DNA of 63,044 bases, the filler included, from Choristocarpus tenellus KU-1152 (Eukaryota > Protista > Phaeophyceae): the NCBI GenBank assembly GCA_964200185.2. It is 10 parts of 10 records of this genome, joined end to end, with 100 filler letters (N's around TTAATTAATTAA, not from the genome) between each part and the next. Parts side by side here need not be neighbours in the genome. Positions count along the whole stretch, not along the records: positions 9,289 to 14,954 come from CAXNAD020010085.1; positions 15,055 to 18,470 come from CAXNAD020020187.1; positions 18,571 to 22,520 come from CAXNAD020016983.1; positions 22,621 to 41,916 come from CAXNAD020000476.1; 6 more parts are not named here. One strand, given 5' to 3'. The position numbers and the translations under genes are program-made. The notes under the pieces were generated by a model. It did not search any database, was not told the DNA's origin, and saw only the letters and a list, made by a program, of their open reading frames with translations. Below, piece by piece: positions 12,701-25,800 of this stretch. Numbering within the stretch: position 1 is the stretch's first letter; the number at the start of each line of letters is the position of its first letter.

Positions 12701-13253
12701 ATCCTTGGGTCATGACCACAAATCATAAAAAAGGCGGTCAAATGTTGTCCCACTCCCTGATCGGGATGCTGGTGGTCGTTCTCAGTTACAGCAAGGTCCT
12801 ACGAGATGGGTGAGTCATTTAGTTACACTTGATTCGGTTTGGGACCCTGGATCTTTCGCTACACATGGTCTTTGAGTATTTATAGTAGAAATGATGGGAT
12901 TTTTTAATTTTTTATTGTATAGAGTATGAAATTTGTATTGTGTAGTTCACCTACCTATGTTGTCCTTGAAACTCAACACTCAATATTGTACGTTGTAGGA
13001 ATTATTGTTGTTTGTTAAAACACTAAGTAATAAACTATCATTGTTCCCCACACAACTTGCGAAAGTTGAAAAAACAAAACTAGAAATGGATAGTTCGCAA
13101 AACCAAACTTACGCTTTACCCTTTCCATTTGCATTTCATCCACCTACAACAGTAGTGTCCTGGTAGAAGTTGTTGGGTTAGGTTTCTGTACCGTATCATA
13201 GGGGACAAGATAGCCTGGAACTAGCCTGAACGAAGGGCTCAGGTCAGCAGAAG

Positions 13254-13845
13254 ATGGCGACCAACCCAACACCACTGGAACCAGACAACAAGATGGACTT
13301 CTATCTCCTGCTTGGGGTGAGTTCTAGTCGGAATGGGAATACTTGAAGGAGCGGGGGAACATATAAACTAATTCAGTGCACGTATCTGCGTCACATCCCG
13401 TGTGATGGCCTGGTGAAAGCAATACATGTTCTATGAACAATAACCTTGTGACTGCCAGGTAGGGTAAGTGACCATCTTTTCAATCCAAATCCCAGCCGTC
13501 TTCTCAAATCATACTATTGATCTTTGTGATCAGTGGTGCACTGGCACCGGATCCTCACCTCTTCGGAAAAACGACTATAGTTCCAGTCACCAAATGTGCA
13601 ACTTCCAGTTGTTGTAAATCGAAGTTGCCACTATGCCCCCCAATTGCTAAACCATCTTAACCACTCACGATTGATCCACCTATATTGTGTGTCCTTCGTT
13701 TCCTGGTCTTCAGGTGTCGAAAACCTCTACAGAGAAAGAGATAGCCACGGCGTACAAGAAGCTGGCGCTGAAATACCATCCCGATCGTACACGGGGTGAC
13801 CCAGAAGCTGCTGAAAAATTTAAGGATATCTCCGCCGCCTATGCG
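13254..13845 (+). CDS. DnaJ/Hsp40 J-domain protein, first two exons (13254-13316, 13714-13845); 3' exons not identified
   Basis: [21 protein letters not shown]|[44 protein letters not shown], containing the HPD motif, joined by a phase-0 GT-AG intron. Confidence 0.9.
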
Positions 13846-14908
13846 GTAAGAAGTGGGGTGATGGAAAGCAATATTGGGAACGCGGTATCGAGGGTTACTG
13901 TGCTAGGCTAGGTCCATTCAAAGCTGTGATTGCCCCACAAACAGCTCAAGTTCCGTCGTTGATTTCTGCTCTCTAGTCAAGAGGATGCCATACTTCACCC
14001 AGAGTTGGGGTAAATATTGGACTCTTGGAGAACCTGAGTGTGCAATTGAAAAGGGTTATTTCTTGAAATATACAACGAATGTTGCGTTCGTGAGTTGACC
14101 ATGCTGTGGTTACTACTCCGCGCAGAAGATTTATTCCAATTGCTGAGACTATTATGAGTAGTACGAATCTCTTCTCTCCACTATCCCCGACCCTGAGCTG
14201 TTGCGCAGCAGGCAAGGTGAGCTCAGCTCTATGGTGCTCAAACACATAATAACTAATACCAACCTTGCAAACACTTTCTACAAATATTTTTTTCTGTAAG
14301 CGTATGTATTAGCTCTTTTCTTGGCATCTTGACTTTCCGACTTGAGTCCTGGAAAACAATACTGGGAGAAGTGAGTGATAGTGTTGTGCAGCTTTGTTTC
14401 AGCAAGCCTCCCGTTTGAGTAGATTTTGAGTGGAGTTTTTTGGTTGAATGTCTCAGTTCCACTATCTGATACTTGCTCACTTGTTTCTACCTTCATGCCA
14501 ATCGCCTTCGATCTCCTTGCCATACTCAGTGCTGGATGCAGGAAGTGACAGTTTCGTATGTGCTAACTATCGACATTGCTCCTGCAAAATGATGATTAAC
14601 ACACTTAACTTCCGTAGAGCTCTAATAATAGTACTGATGAAGTTTTTGTTTTGCTGGTTTATTTATCTGTTTCTCGGAGTGAGTTACGTGCTCTAGGTAC
14701 TGCATGTAGGATACTAGCTCACGGGTAGATCTGAACTCTTGAGTTCTGTGGGCAGAGCCAAGGCTGGCCAATTAGTTGCAAGGACCCTCTGAATGTTGCG
14801 CAGGTTACACAATTTCCCTTCGCACTCGACGCCTGCATGTCGTTTGCTAAACGAAATATCTCTTTATCGCTCCCCAAGTTTTTTTTTTTGACTGTGCAAC
14901 ATTTCTCA

Positions 14909-14939
<31 letters not shown>

Positions 14940-15059
14940 GGTGTGGTGTTTATANNNNNNNNNNNNNNNNNNNNNNNNNNNNNNNNNNNNNNNNNNNNTT
15001 AATTAATTAANNNNNNNNNNNNNNNNNNNNNNNNNNNNNNNNNNNNNNNNNNNNCCCCT

Positions 15060-15330
15060 GGCCTAGTCTGAGTATACATTTGTTCTTTCTGAAACATACC
15101 CTCAAAATTTACAAAATATATATCTCTGACATGGCCTAGAATGAATGGGTCCCCAGTCCCAATCACTCTAATCGCAAATGTGATTAATTTATCCACGTTC
15201 CCTTCAAGGTGTCCTTAAGGTCACACAATGCAATCTCCATTAAATTGTTTGGCCTAGTACGAGTACACACTTGTTTCTTTTGAACTGGACCTTCAAAAGT
15301 AACAAAATACATAGCTCTGGTTGGGCATAC
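15060..15330. repeat. Diverged direct repeat (period about 190 bp)
   Basis: GGCCTAGTCTGAGTATACATTTGTT...ACAAAATAT near 15060 and GGCCTAGTACGAGTACACACTTGTT...ACAAAATAC near 15251. Confidence 0.6.
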
Positions 15331-16084
15331 AATTCGTGTGTCTTCCGTTCCAATCTTCCAGGTTATATAAATGTAAGTGCTATGAAGGATTAGACTTATA
15401 TTATGCATGACCTACACAGCATCTGATTATTGCCTGTCCTATGCCCCCCATGCACAAAGCATACTCAAGGCTGCTAGTACGCAAAACAGCAATGAAAAAT
15501 AAATAAATAAATAAAGAAGGGTCAATGAGAGCAACAAATAGTACTAATAATGAATGAAGAGAAACAAAATAAATAAATAAAAATGGGTAATAAATAGAAA
15601 TAAAATAAAATAATGTGTGGATGATGAGGGTAACAAAGTGGAAACTGAAAAAGATAAAAAAAAAACACAAAAAGAAAAAAGGAAAAAAAAAAGTCTGTAA
15701 ATAAGGAGAGTAACAAATGAAAAGAAAATGAAATTAAAAATCAGGGGATGAAGGGATGAGAAGTAAAAATAAATAACATTAGAAAAGCATAGGTGAGATA
15801 TAGAAGATATAAAAATATCAAGATCACAGAGAGTTCTTACAACATAGAAAAGAGGAAAATAAATTAAATAAAAATATAAAGGTTGTGAGTTCAGTGTTTA
15901 CATTTCCCAAGAACTTCAGCCTATACAACCAATGTATATTACTATGTGCTCTAATGTGGGCAGCTTCTTCATTTTAACTTCTGCTTTTTCATGTTCCTTT
16001 CAGTGACTATGATTATCATTGCTTTAATCTCTTGTTCAAGGATGTACCGGCTGAACCTCACCTTGTCCTTCAGGCATACAGTTG

Positions 16085-16600
16085 TTACCTGCTGGGAGGT
16101 TTTCTGGAGGAGGCACTCATCTCTCTCCTGCCGAATTCCTCCTTACCTTCATCCTTCAACCATACCTTCCAGCGAGGTGACTTGAACTCAAAAACTGGAC
16201 CCTGTCCTACCGGTCTCTTCACTTTCATCCTTCGACAATGTTTGACACTAGTACCTATAGGGAAGAGACGTAGCACATCCTCTCGAGGCAAGAGTTGTTC
16301 TTGGGTGGGAACATTAGCTGGGCATGGTCTTGTGTTACGGTTGTGAAGGTCCTAGAAGGCATGATAAACATCCAACTGTAGTGAGTTAAAGCTGTTCATT
16401 TCTTCTGTTTAGTTACCTGGTCTGACAACTATCCATCTTAGAACTTTCCTTTGTACTACAATGCCATTTGTTGAGGTCTGACAAGGGTACATCGTTACTG
16501 CTCGATCTAGGTGTTGGAATGTAGACAAAAGGTACCCATGGTGACAGTGGTAATGGTTGGGAACATTGACCTTCTCTAAATGACAGTTCACTCCAGTGTT
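16085..16600 (-). mobile_element. Possible degenerate 3' end of a Ty3/gypsy pol (chromo-like plus Tudor-like tail)
   Basis: VLRLFPIGTSVKH...VFEFKSPRWKVWLKDEGKEEFGRREM fits an FPxGT...W.V...D....E Tudor-like pattern. Recognised by eye only. Confidence 0.35.
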
Positions 16601-18099
16601 CTCTACAAAATTTTGCTACTAAAAATAATTTCGTATGGCAGTCCCACCATTATCCTACAAGCCATATTGCGCAATTTTTTCTCTGGGGAAAACGCTATTA
16701 GAAGTTTAGCATGACCTCAGCACCAGCATTGGTAGAAAATTGCACCCTCTGGGGTTTGCTACATGTAATGTGTCTTTGCCTGCCATGTTGAGCTGTGGTA
16801 AGCAATTTTCACAAAAATAGATGAGACCTGCACCTGTGTCACCTGGGCAAGCATTCTCGAGTGGACTCTTTGCGAAAGAGAGCTACTCAAGTAGAGTATT
16901 TTGCTTTGTGTTTTATGGATGTATTTATTAGCGGAGTGAGCACAGCCCTCGGTGGTGGGGGGGTGGTGCTCTCTCTTATTATCTTGTTAACTGACACACA
17001 GTTGACATATTAAATCGTATCCTGCCGTTACATCGTACTATGTCACTTATCCTGTGTAGCTAGTACTATGTCAGTAATCCTCCATCTGTCCATTTATATC
17101 AAGTAATGAGAAGTCAACCATCTGAGATTCGAACTTACTACCCTAAGCACACGAAGATAAGTCACTCACACTTGTTCCACTTAGTCAACATATCTGTTGT
17201 CTATTAGTGGCCACTAAACACATGTAAACCATATTTACTCACATCTCTTTCATCTGTTGCACCAGTACACCGTTTTATTTACTCACATCTCTTTCATTTG
17301 TTGCAGCAGTATAATGGGTACAGGACAAACGACTTCGGTTCAATGTTGGGGCCATCCCCTTTTTCATTGCGTCTTGTTCTTACTGTGTTTCCGCCTTCAC
17401 TGCGTCAAAACACCCAACGCTTAAGTCGCTCCATCCCAAGTTAATCGCTTAATTACGATCAAATCTCAACGAGAGAACCGGTTCATTGTCAAACCACACA
17501 CCACCAGAGCCTAACAAATATGCTTATATCATTCTCTCCGAGGAATCTACCCATCTTTTCACATCTTCTCCAGGCATTTGTCTTCTCATCGTATATAATA
17601 GGTCACAATAATAACCAATACAAATTCTAACACATCGCACATACATCGCCATCAACATAGAATGACAACGCCATCCTCCCCCCAAAAAGGAATAGGATAT
17701 TACTCCTGGCATTATGTCCTAATCATATTTATTCTATGTGTCACCAAGGAACACGCTCGCTCTTTGCTTGGTTGTCCTCGCAGCGTCCCAGGGGTTCTTG
17801 CAGCGTTTGTGCTCTCAATGTTATCCTGCTTGGCAAAAATTGTCCTACCATCAAAACTCGAAATCTTTTTGCACACCTACTCCATTACTAAAGGTAAATT
17901 CATCAAACAGGCATATCGTCATCGCATTTCCAAAACCACAATAAATGGGGACATCAGCAATTCAACACGATTGGTATATGATGAAAAAACCCAAAAGAAG
18001 CAACTTCTCAAAGGTGCCCCTGTGAATCGGGAGTTCATCACACTCACCAGCTAAGATGCTTTCCCATAATTACATTACAAATCGTCCACATCGGATCCG

Positions 18100-18144
18100 A
18101 GACCCCATTTGGACGGGGCCGTACCCTCTTAGATACTTTGGCTC
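18100..18144. mobile_element. MITE family A terminal remnant
   Basis: CCCCATTTGGAC...GTACCCTCTTAGATACTTTGGCTC. Confidence 0.65.
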
Positions 18145-19851
18145 ATAGATTACCAGCCTATAGTGTGTAAAAACATAGGCTACTCATTTGTTCCTTGTTT
18201 ATATGATACACATACTACCAGCTTGTACTGACTGTTGATTGGTGCACTGCACTGGTTATTAGTGTTTAGTTATTTATTGCGCATTCCAACTCACCATCAC
18301 ATCGATGACAGTAGATAGAAGTATAGCATCAGTTGATATTCAGTTGATCCACATCACACACAGGAACATCATAGCACACGTCATCCAAGTTACTTCGGAA
18401 CTTGCATCAAGTGCGTTCCACTGTTACCTTGTGTTCCCCTTTCTATTTTGTTGTTGTTGCCATCTCTGTTNNNNNNNNNNNNNNNNNNNNNNNNNNNNNN
18501 NNNNNNNNNNNNNNTTAATTAATTAANNNNNNNNNNNNNNNNNNNNNNNNNNNNNNNNNNNNNNNNNNNNCCGTCAATAGGCAGACGTGGTGATACAAGA
18601 TTAATATTGCTGGGGCTTGCTAGTCTCCCCTCCCCCCCCTCCCCTCCCTGGAATACTGTGGAAAACTTGAGATTGGTTCTAACCTCAGCTGGAGAATTTT
18701 TCAGCAGAGTTCGGCATGCATGATAGGACCTTGTTTTCAGCCACTTGTCCTTTTTTATGGCGGATGAGTTGATGACTGTGGGCACTTGTTGAGAAGATCG
18801 AAGGAGACCTGTTGTGTGGGAACAGGGGGCTGGGGTGAAGGGTGAAGGAGGTGCCTGCTGATAGTAGGGCATGCCCAAAATTCAAATGACGCAGTTATTG
18901 GATTCAGTCAATGTTTGACTGCACTCCACAGCGTGTTCTGATACAGGGTGAATCAAAGAAACAAGCAAGGTTGAGCTGGAAGTGCCAAGGGAGAACCATA
19001 AGTAGAGATGTAGCATAGTGTGTCCCCCTCTTTGTTCCCCTTTGCTGTAAATTGCTTGTTGGTTAACTGATGATACAGTAGTGTGTTGGGGTTTTCAATT
19101 TCCTGTGGTAATTCCTCTTCCACCAGTGGAGACCTTATCGATACGCGAATTTGCTTGCATCTTGTGTGTGTGAAGTTCAGTACACACGCTGTTAAAATCC
19201 TTGGAGATGTTGGAGCATTAGTGCTTCTAGTTACACCTTAGTTAACCTCGAGTTGTGCATCATATGGTGAAGATGGCCTCTTTAAGGAGTGCCAACAGTT
19301 TGTGTGTTGAAGTATGAGAATTGCGTTCATTACCCCGATGTAGAACTGTGCTCATTCAAAGCAAAGTTCACTTCTGTGTAGTTCTTTCTTTTGTTGTGTT
19401 TGCTCTCCATACCACCCACCTGTGCACATGCTACGCTATGGACAGGCTACCTATGTTGTGATAGGCTGTGTCCAGTGCCTTAGATGGCAAAGCATGAATG
19501 GAAAAGTCCTCAACTACTGCTTTTGCACATACTGGACTGTTGTACTATGATGTATGACCCACTTGCAAGAAATTTCCGGGGGGTTATTCACCACTTTTTA
19601 CTCATACCTGGCTGTGGCTATTTTTGGAATGGTGTGTGTGCAGAGGCATATATATGGTTGGGGTGGATCCTGTTGGAAAACTTTCCTTTGTTTGTGTCAG
19701 AAAGCACAGTAATGGGGGGAATTGCTTGTCCCTCCTATCCCTAACCCTCTGCTTCTTTTTCCTCCCTTCCATTTATCATTTCTAAATTATGGCAACCTTT
19801 TACTGATCACTGCCTGATGTGCTGTACCTTGTATCCATGTGTCGAATAAAG

Positions 19852-20035
19852 GTACCTCCTGAAGACATCCGACAAGCGGCTTAACTCAGCTGAGGGCGCA
19901 AAAGCTAAAAGGGAGATAGAGGCTGCAATTATTGAGGGGAAGAGCTCCCCTATGGGTGATGCTCATTCGTCATGGATTCAAAGGGTTGCTGCAAAGGAGA
20001 AAAAGCAAGGAGGGGTTGCAAGTGGAAGGCCATAA
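19852..20035 (+). CDS. Probable last exon of mitochondrial ribosomal protein bL28 (upstream exons not identified in this contig)
   Basis: After an AAG acceptor it reads YLLKTSDKRLNSAEGAKAKREIEAAIIEGKSSPMGDAHSSWIQRVAAKEKKQGGVASGRP*. YLLKT..K.L.S..G follows the GGLD motif in bL28m proteins. Confidence 0.55.
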
Positions 20036-21194
20036 GAATCAAGTAGCATGTTGTGATTGTTGTTTATGATATTGCATGTTGACAGAGGTGTTGTTGGATA
20101 TATAGGACGGGTGGGCATTAGGGTAGAGTATTTGTACGGACAAGAACCAGTTCCCCTTAGGTGCTTTGAGCTTTGACGTTGGTGGAGACCAGGACCGGGA
20201 CGTGATCTTTGAATGTCAAGGAACTAGTGTGTGCTCTTTGGCGGAAATTGATTCATGAGTTGGGGTTGATGCCTTGTGGATGATGGTATTAGTGCCTATG
20301 AAACTAGTCGATGATAGGACATGAAAGAGTGAATTGAATGGGAGTGGAGATTGAGACTGTATCTTATTTTGTCATCGTGTATTTTTGTGGAGGAATCAGG
20401 TACCTCATTTATTTTCATACTGAAAAAGTGTTGTACTTCATGAGAGGAGTAACGTTCAACTGTCTACAGAGGAGCTCATCCTGCCTGTAAACAAGGTAAT
20501 ACGGAGTAAGATTCGTCCATTGGTATCACTATTTGAAAATCACCAGGTACTGACTGTTAGACAGTTTGCGACAGGAATGCATGTTGATTGAAGTGCGCTA
20601 AACTTTCGATCCAACCTTCCTGAAAAGGGAAGAGTGACCTCTGAAGACTGCTCTTGTACAACAACTAACCGACTAGCGCTCTATTCAAGTGCTATAATTG
20701 CCATGGAGGAATTGACCATTCGTTGGTGATACTTCTTTCATGACTTGGTTATGGGTTACGCTTTGATTGATACACAATTGGCTAAATCTCCCCCCGCAAG
20801 CACCAGCAGTCGCTGGTCACGTTGATCAATCTTGTCTTGAAGAGTATGGTAAAGGAAATTTCTTTGTGGTGAATTGGTGGACTATGTCAGACACAACCTG
20901 ACGCAGGAACCAAAAGAGTGTATCAATACACAAACATTATTAGTTCATAAGCAAGAAGAGAGGAAAGAGTCAAGAACAGGGAGATTCAACTTTCCACATC
21001 ATACCCTGAGACTTGGTGGTGGTGTTGGTATGGTTTGCGAGTAGGTTGGGTTTTATTGGCCATCTTGTCCAACATTTTGGTCACCAAGAAGTACACACTG
21101 ATGTGCGAGGCAATAGCGGTACTTAGTGTAGAAAAAATTCGGTGTTACGTAAGGAGTATATCGACTGTGGAAGTGCATAATGATGTCTATCATC

Positions 21195-21478
21195 GATCCA
21201 AAACATTTCGGAGGGCAGGAATTTACTACTGTTTGTCTGTTTGGGGCATGACTTCCCACAGGTTTTCTCAGCTCTTTTTATCTGTTTTTGTGTGAACACA
21301 GCTTTTCGTATTCAGAAACATCTTGGGAGTAGGTGGAATGTACACAACTATGAAAGGTGTGTGTCCAGAGCAAGGATATTGACAGTAATGAACACGATAG
21401 CCAAAATTAATCAAGATCGTAATATTGGATTTATGATCCCAAACGGATGCGCCCCTACCCTCTCAAATGCTTTAGGTC
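21195..21478 (+). mobile_element. Old, diverged MITE family A copy
   Basis: Retains TGTTTGTCTGTTTGGGGC, GGAGTAGGT, AACACGATAGCCAAAATT and TACCCTCTCAAATGCTTT in family A order. Confidence 0.7.
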
Positions 21479-22276
21479 ATTTCACGGCCAGCTCCGAAAC
21501 AAAACGGGAAAAGACAGTGACCAAAGGAATGAGGGGTGTGTGTCGTGTACCTTGATAATGAGGTTTTAGTGTGGCCGGACAATCAAAGGTGGTCCCTGAC
21601 TTGAGGAGAGGCATGATGGCAGCACTTGTCCATTTGTCCCTTCAGTAATAGTAGGGAGGGATATTAGAGGTCTCCATCGCAGTATGTTTGACCAATGAAG
21701 AAAAATATGCAATTCAATCTCTTGGCTGTGGACATCGATCGATTGCTGCACTACGCTACCGGGATTTGATTGCTTGAGATACCACATACACACACATGAT
21801 GTAGGGTAGAGCTATTTGATATAGAGACGAATAAATCCGCCCTAAAGCAAATGAGATCAAGAATATATAGAAACAACTAAATCAAGGCATGGCACAGGAA
21901 AATGAGGGACTGTTCACCTGAGAACTTCGGCATTAAAAAAACTCAGGGTAAGGGGACTCAAAAGTATGCAAAGGAGAGCACAACCGAACAAGCTTAAATT
22001 GCCCCGATAAAAAAAGGTGTGGTGGGTGTGGGACCAGAGTTTCAGCATGGTGAACACTCTGTAAATACAACTGATTTACACTCCAGGTATATATATATCC
22101 ACAATATGGAGTACAGTCCCCATCACACAACCTCAGAATGATCTAGAATATTTTGGAGAGCACAGTTGAACAAACAGTACCACATCCAAGTCCTCTATGC
22201 TTCCGTCAGAACTACATCTATCCATTGTTCTAGCACACGCGTTTGTCTATCGACTAAATACAATCCATAGCCCAGA

Positions 22277-22460
22277 GGCTCAAAGTATCTGGGGGGGGTG
22301 GCGGCTGTCTATTTGGGGCCAATTTTTTCATGTCTTGATTTTTGGGTGATTTGGTTGCATACGTTGGATGGATAATGAAAGTGCACTTTTCCTGGTTTTG
22401 GTCCAAATGGACACTCTGGTGTGTAGACCCCCCTCCCCCCCCCACCAGATACTTTGGGTC
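22277..22460 (+). mobile_element. MITE family B, full copy with an AGA 3-bp TSD
   Basis: GGCTCAAAGTATCTGGGGGG...CCACCAGATACTTTGGGTC, with AGA on both sides. Confidence 0.9.
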
Positions 22461-23885
22461 AGAGTCATCCAAGAGTGGGCTTGCTGTTCAAGCACAACAT
22501 ACCTTCCTCTTCTCTGTATCNNNNNNNNNNNNNNNNNNNNNNNNNNNNNNNNNNNNNNNNNNNNTTAATTAATTAANNNNNNNNNNNNNNNNNNNNNNNN
22601 NNNNNNNNNNNNNNNNNNNNGGGGGGGGGGGGAGGGAATCAGACAGTCCCCCCTCACCAGAACATAATAGCATTCCATTCTTTTGATGTTGTTGCAATGG
22701 TCGTAGGGTTAGTTAGGGTTAGGAATAAACATTAAAATGATTCTAGAACAATGAAAATAATTCTGTTTTGTCCTTGTTTACAAAACGGAACAATTCTGAC
22801 CATTTTTATTATTATTACCTACTTATGGTATTTCACACCCCTACTCTTAGACTGGCCCTAAACGGGGACAGGGATAATTAACCCTAACCCTGTAGACAAT
22901 AGAGTTATAGATAGATGATAGTGGTGTCAAGATGCAATGTGTAAGTCCATTAGGTCCATTAGGATTCAGAACATACTTGGATCAAAAGATCCAATTTTTT
23001 TTAAATATGACTTCATGTGCACCAGCAATGAACTATAAAAAATTTCAGGAAACTGCAGTTGAATCAAAAACAAGAAAAATGTCAGAGCCAATCAGTGGCC
23101 TTCAAAGCTCTGTTGGGCATTCAAAAATAAATCATAAATAGAATATATATATGGGGGGGGATAGGAAGGGTGGGTAAGTGAGCCAATGGCAAGCCAGAAG
23201 CAAAGCAAAGCAAAGCAAAGTAGTAGTAGCTGAGGTGAATAGAAATGCCTTGACAGTTACATTAAAAAATACCGTTTGGACCCATTATATCAACCAATCA
23301 GAAGCCTCTCAAGCGTTTATGACCAATTTGAACCTTCCGATTTGCCATGTTCTATATTCCTTCATTGGGGTAATTTTTTCCCCCTCCAGCCTACTCTATA
23401 CTCTTTACAGAACAATAGCGATAATATTAAAATATATTTGATTCAACATTTTGTAATTTCACAACATGGACAACTCAATGTATACTGCTAGGGATGTACA
23501 GAATAGAACTTGTTGTACATTCCTCAAATGGACAGATTTAGTTACAATGGTATGCACCTTAATTAAATTGACATACCAAGGTACAATAGGAGGGTGTACA
23601 CACATTCATCCCCCAGAACCCGAACCCTAACCCTAACCCACGAGAGGCACCTTGAGGAAAATTCCTGGAACTATTCTCACCTTTCCTCCAGTTCCAGATC
23701 CTCTGGGGAGGGCCCCTTTTGTCCTTCTTCTTCCTCCTCCTCCTCACCAGTACCTGATAGCACAGCACCAGTATCACCTGTCAACACACTCTGATAACAC
23801 CAAGGGTTACAAGGGCATCGGAGGCGTTCTCCACATCAAATCTCACATCCCGGCACATCAATGCAAAAGGACACAGTAACTGAAA

Positions 23886-23992
23886 GGTATGCAATTACTT
23901 CAATCAATCAGAACACATTGATAACCATGGTATGCAATTACTTCAATCAATCAGAACACATTGATAACCATGGTATGCAATTGCTTCAATCA
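23886..23992. repeat. Tandem repeat, 43-bp unit, about 2.5 copies
   Basis: GGTATGCAATTACTTCAATCAATCAGAACACATTGATAACCAT at 23886 and 23929, and partial at 23972. Confidence 0.9.
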
Positions 23993-24089
23993 GCACCGTA
24001 TGATACAATAATATTTTATGCCTACTGACAGTCATGGCTGCTGCTGTAAAGAGGAAGAATAACGCCACACCCTCAGAACATTACCTGAC

Positions 24090-24236
24090 TTAGTGTTATA
24101 GTGAAAAGAAGTGTTAGAGTAAACAGAAGTTAGTGTTATTGTGAAAAGAAGTAAGTGTTACAGTAAATAGAAGTTAGTGTTATAGTGAAAAGAAGAAGTG
24201 TTGCAGTAAACAGAAGTTAGTGTTATAGTGAAAAGA
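24090..24236. repeat. Tandem repeat, about 40-44-bp unit, about 3.5 copies
   Basis: TTAGTGTTATAGTGAAAAGAAG...GTAAACAGAAG repeated. Confidence 0.85.
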
Positions 24237-24994
24237 GATTTAGTCATCGAGGAGAAAAGAAGTAACATAAAAGAGAACTCACCAACACCCCAACAAGGGT
24301 CTGTATTGATAAAGAAAGCCTTCCTATATAATACAACAGCTGAGAGCTCCACTGGCACAAGAAGGGTCTGCATTGGTTCCAGCAAATGCCTTCCCAAATT
24401 ATACAACAGTTGTCAGCTGCATTACATCCTCAGAAAAAAAAGTGCAGTGGTCCTATAATCAGAACGCCATAATTAGAATACTGTAGTTAGAATACAATAA
24501 TTAGAATGGAAAGCCACCACCACATTTTTCAAGGAAAGTGATACATTGAAATCGCTAGATTCACGCCACAGACAGTACTGAAAGACAGTACTGAAGGGCA
24601 TCATTACAATACAACAGTGCTGCAAATTCCAACTATTGAGATTTCTATTACTATTACTATTACTCAAACCATAATCGAGATTGAAATGAAATAATTAAAG
24701 AAAATCAGTCCATTTTTTAATACACACAAAGAGATTGAAAGTTAATAAATATATATAGTCAATAAAACATCCAATTATAAAAAATAGAAAACCCAACAAA
24801 ACACACACATGGGACTCAAAAGAGGATCACATCACATCATATCGCATCACATCAATGATCAATAGAGAAATAATAAAAATAAAAAAAACCCATCAGATGG
24901 CTAACCTCATTGACTCCTTCACCCCCAGCCATTGCTCCTTCTAGACCTCCTTTGTCTGTTGATGTCATAACGTCACCGTTGTCAATCGGTGAGT

Positions 24995-25094
24995 CTTCTT
25001 CTCCTTCTTCTTCTCCTTCTTCTTCTCCTTCTTCTTCTCCTTCTTCTTCTCCTTCTCCTTCTCCTTCTCCTTCTCCTTCTTCTTCTCCTTCTTC
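24995..25094. repeat. TCT/CCT compound microsatellite
   Basis: (TCTTCTTCTCCT)n and (TCTCCT)n tract. Confidence 0.9.
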
Positions 25095-25770
25095 CGCAGG
25101 AAACTGGCCTTCTGCAAGCAAATCCCGACTGGAAATAGACAAGACAGATACAGACAAGACAAGAAAAAATTGAAATATTACTACATTGTTCATTTTTAAA
25201 AGGACAATACAAAGGAGAGGTTGCAGGGACAAACGGATGCACTCTATTGGACAAACAGAATACCACGGGTTGTCTCATTGGTCTACGAAAGATGCACTTC
25301 TTCGTTTCACTATCCCCTATTGTCATCATTATTCTAAACATCATGTCCCCTGTCGATCATCCCTAGACCTCTGCATCAATAATATTAACAATAATGATAA
25401 TAACAATAATTAAAAAGTATTTTTAAAAGAAAAAAAACTAACATCAAAACGAGGCACAGACAGCGCACATACTCTCCATTCCTTATCTTCTTGAGGATGA
25501 GCGATTTCTTCATGGTAATAAAGAACAGAAAAAAGAAGCAAATTCAATACAAAAAAAATGAAAACACATAAGAAATTTCTTCATTCTATCAACACAATTA
25601 TTTTCTCACCAAAACACATAAAGAAATTTCTTCATTCTATCAACACAAAAGAAACTTCTTCATTCTCTTTTCTCTTCCATTTCAAAATTTTCTCTATGTA
25701 CAGTGATCAACACCATCTCCACAGTGGTCCCACCTGATGTCTTCAATAGAGGGCACCCCATCCACAATGT

Positions 25771-25800
25771 CATCATCATCATCATCATCATCATCATCAC
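25771..25800. repeat. (TCA)n microsatellite
   Basis: About 10 trinucleotide units. Confidence 0.9.

Noticed and set aside
17662-18054. ORFs with a signal-peptide-like start (NTLALCLVVLAASQGF)
   Set aside because: No in-frame ATG or supported splice chain and no recognisable domain.
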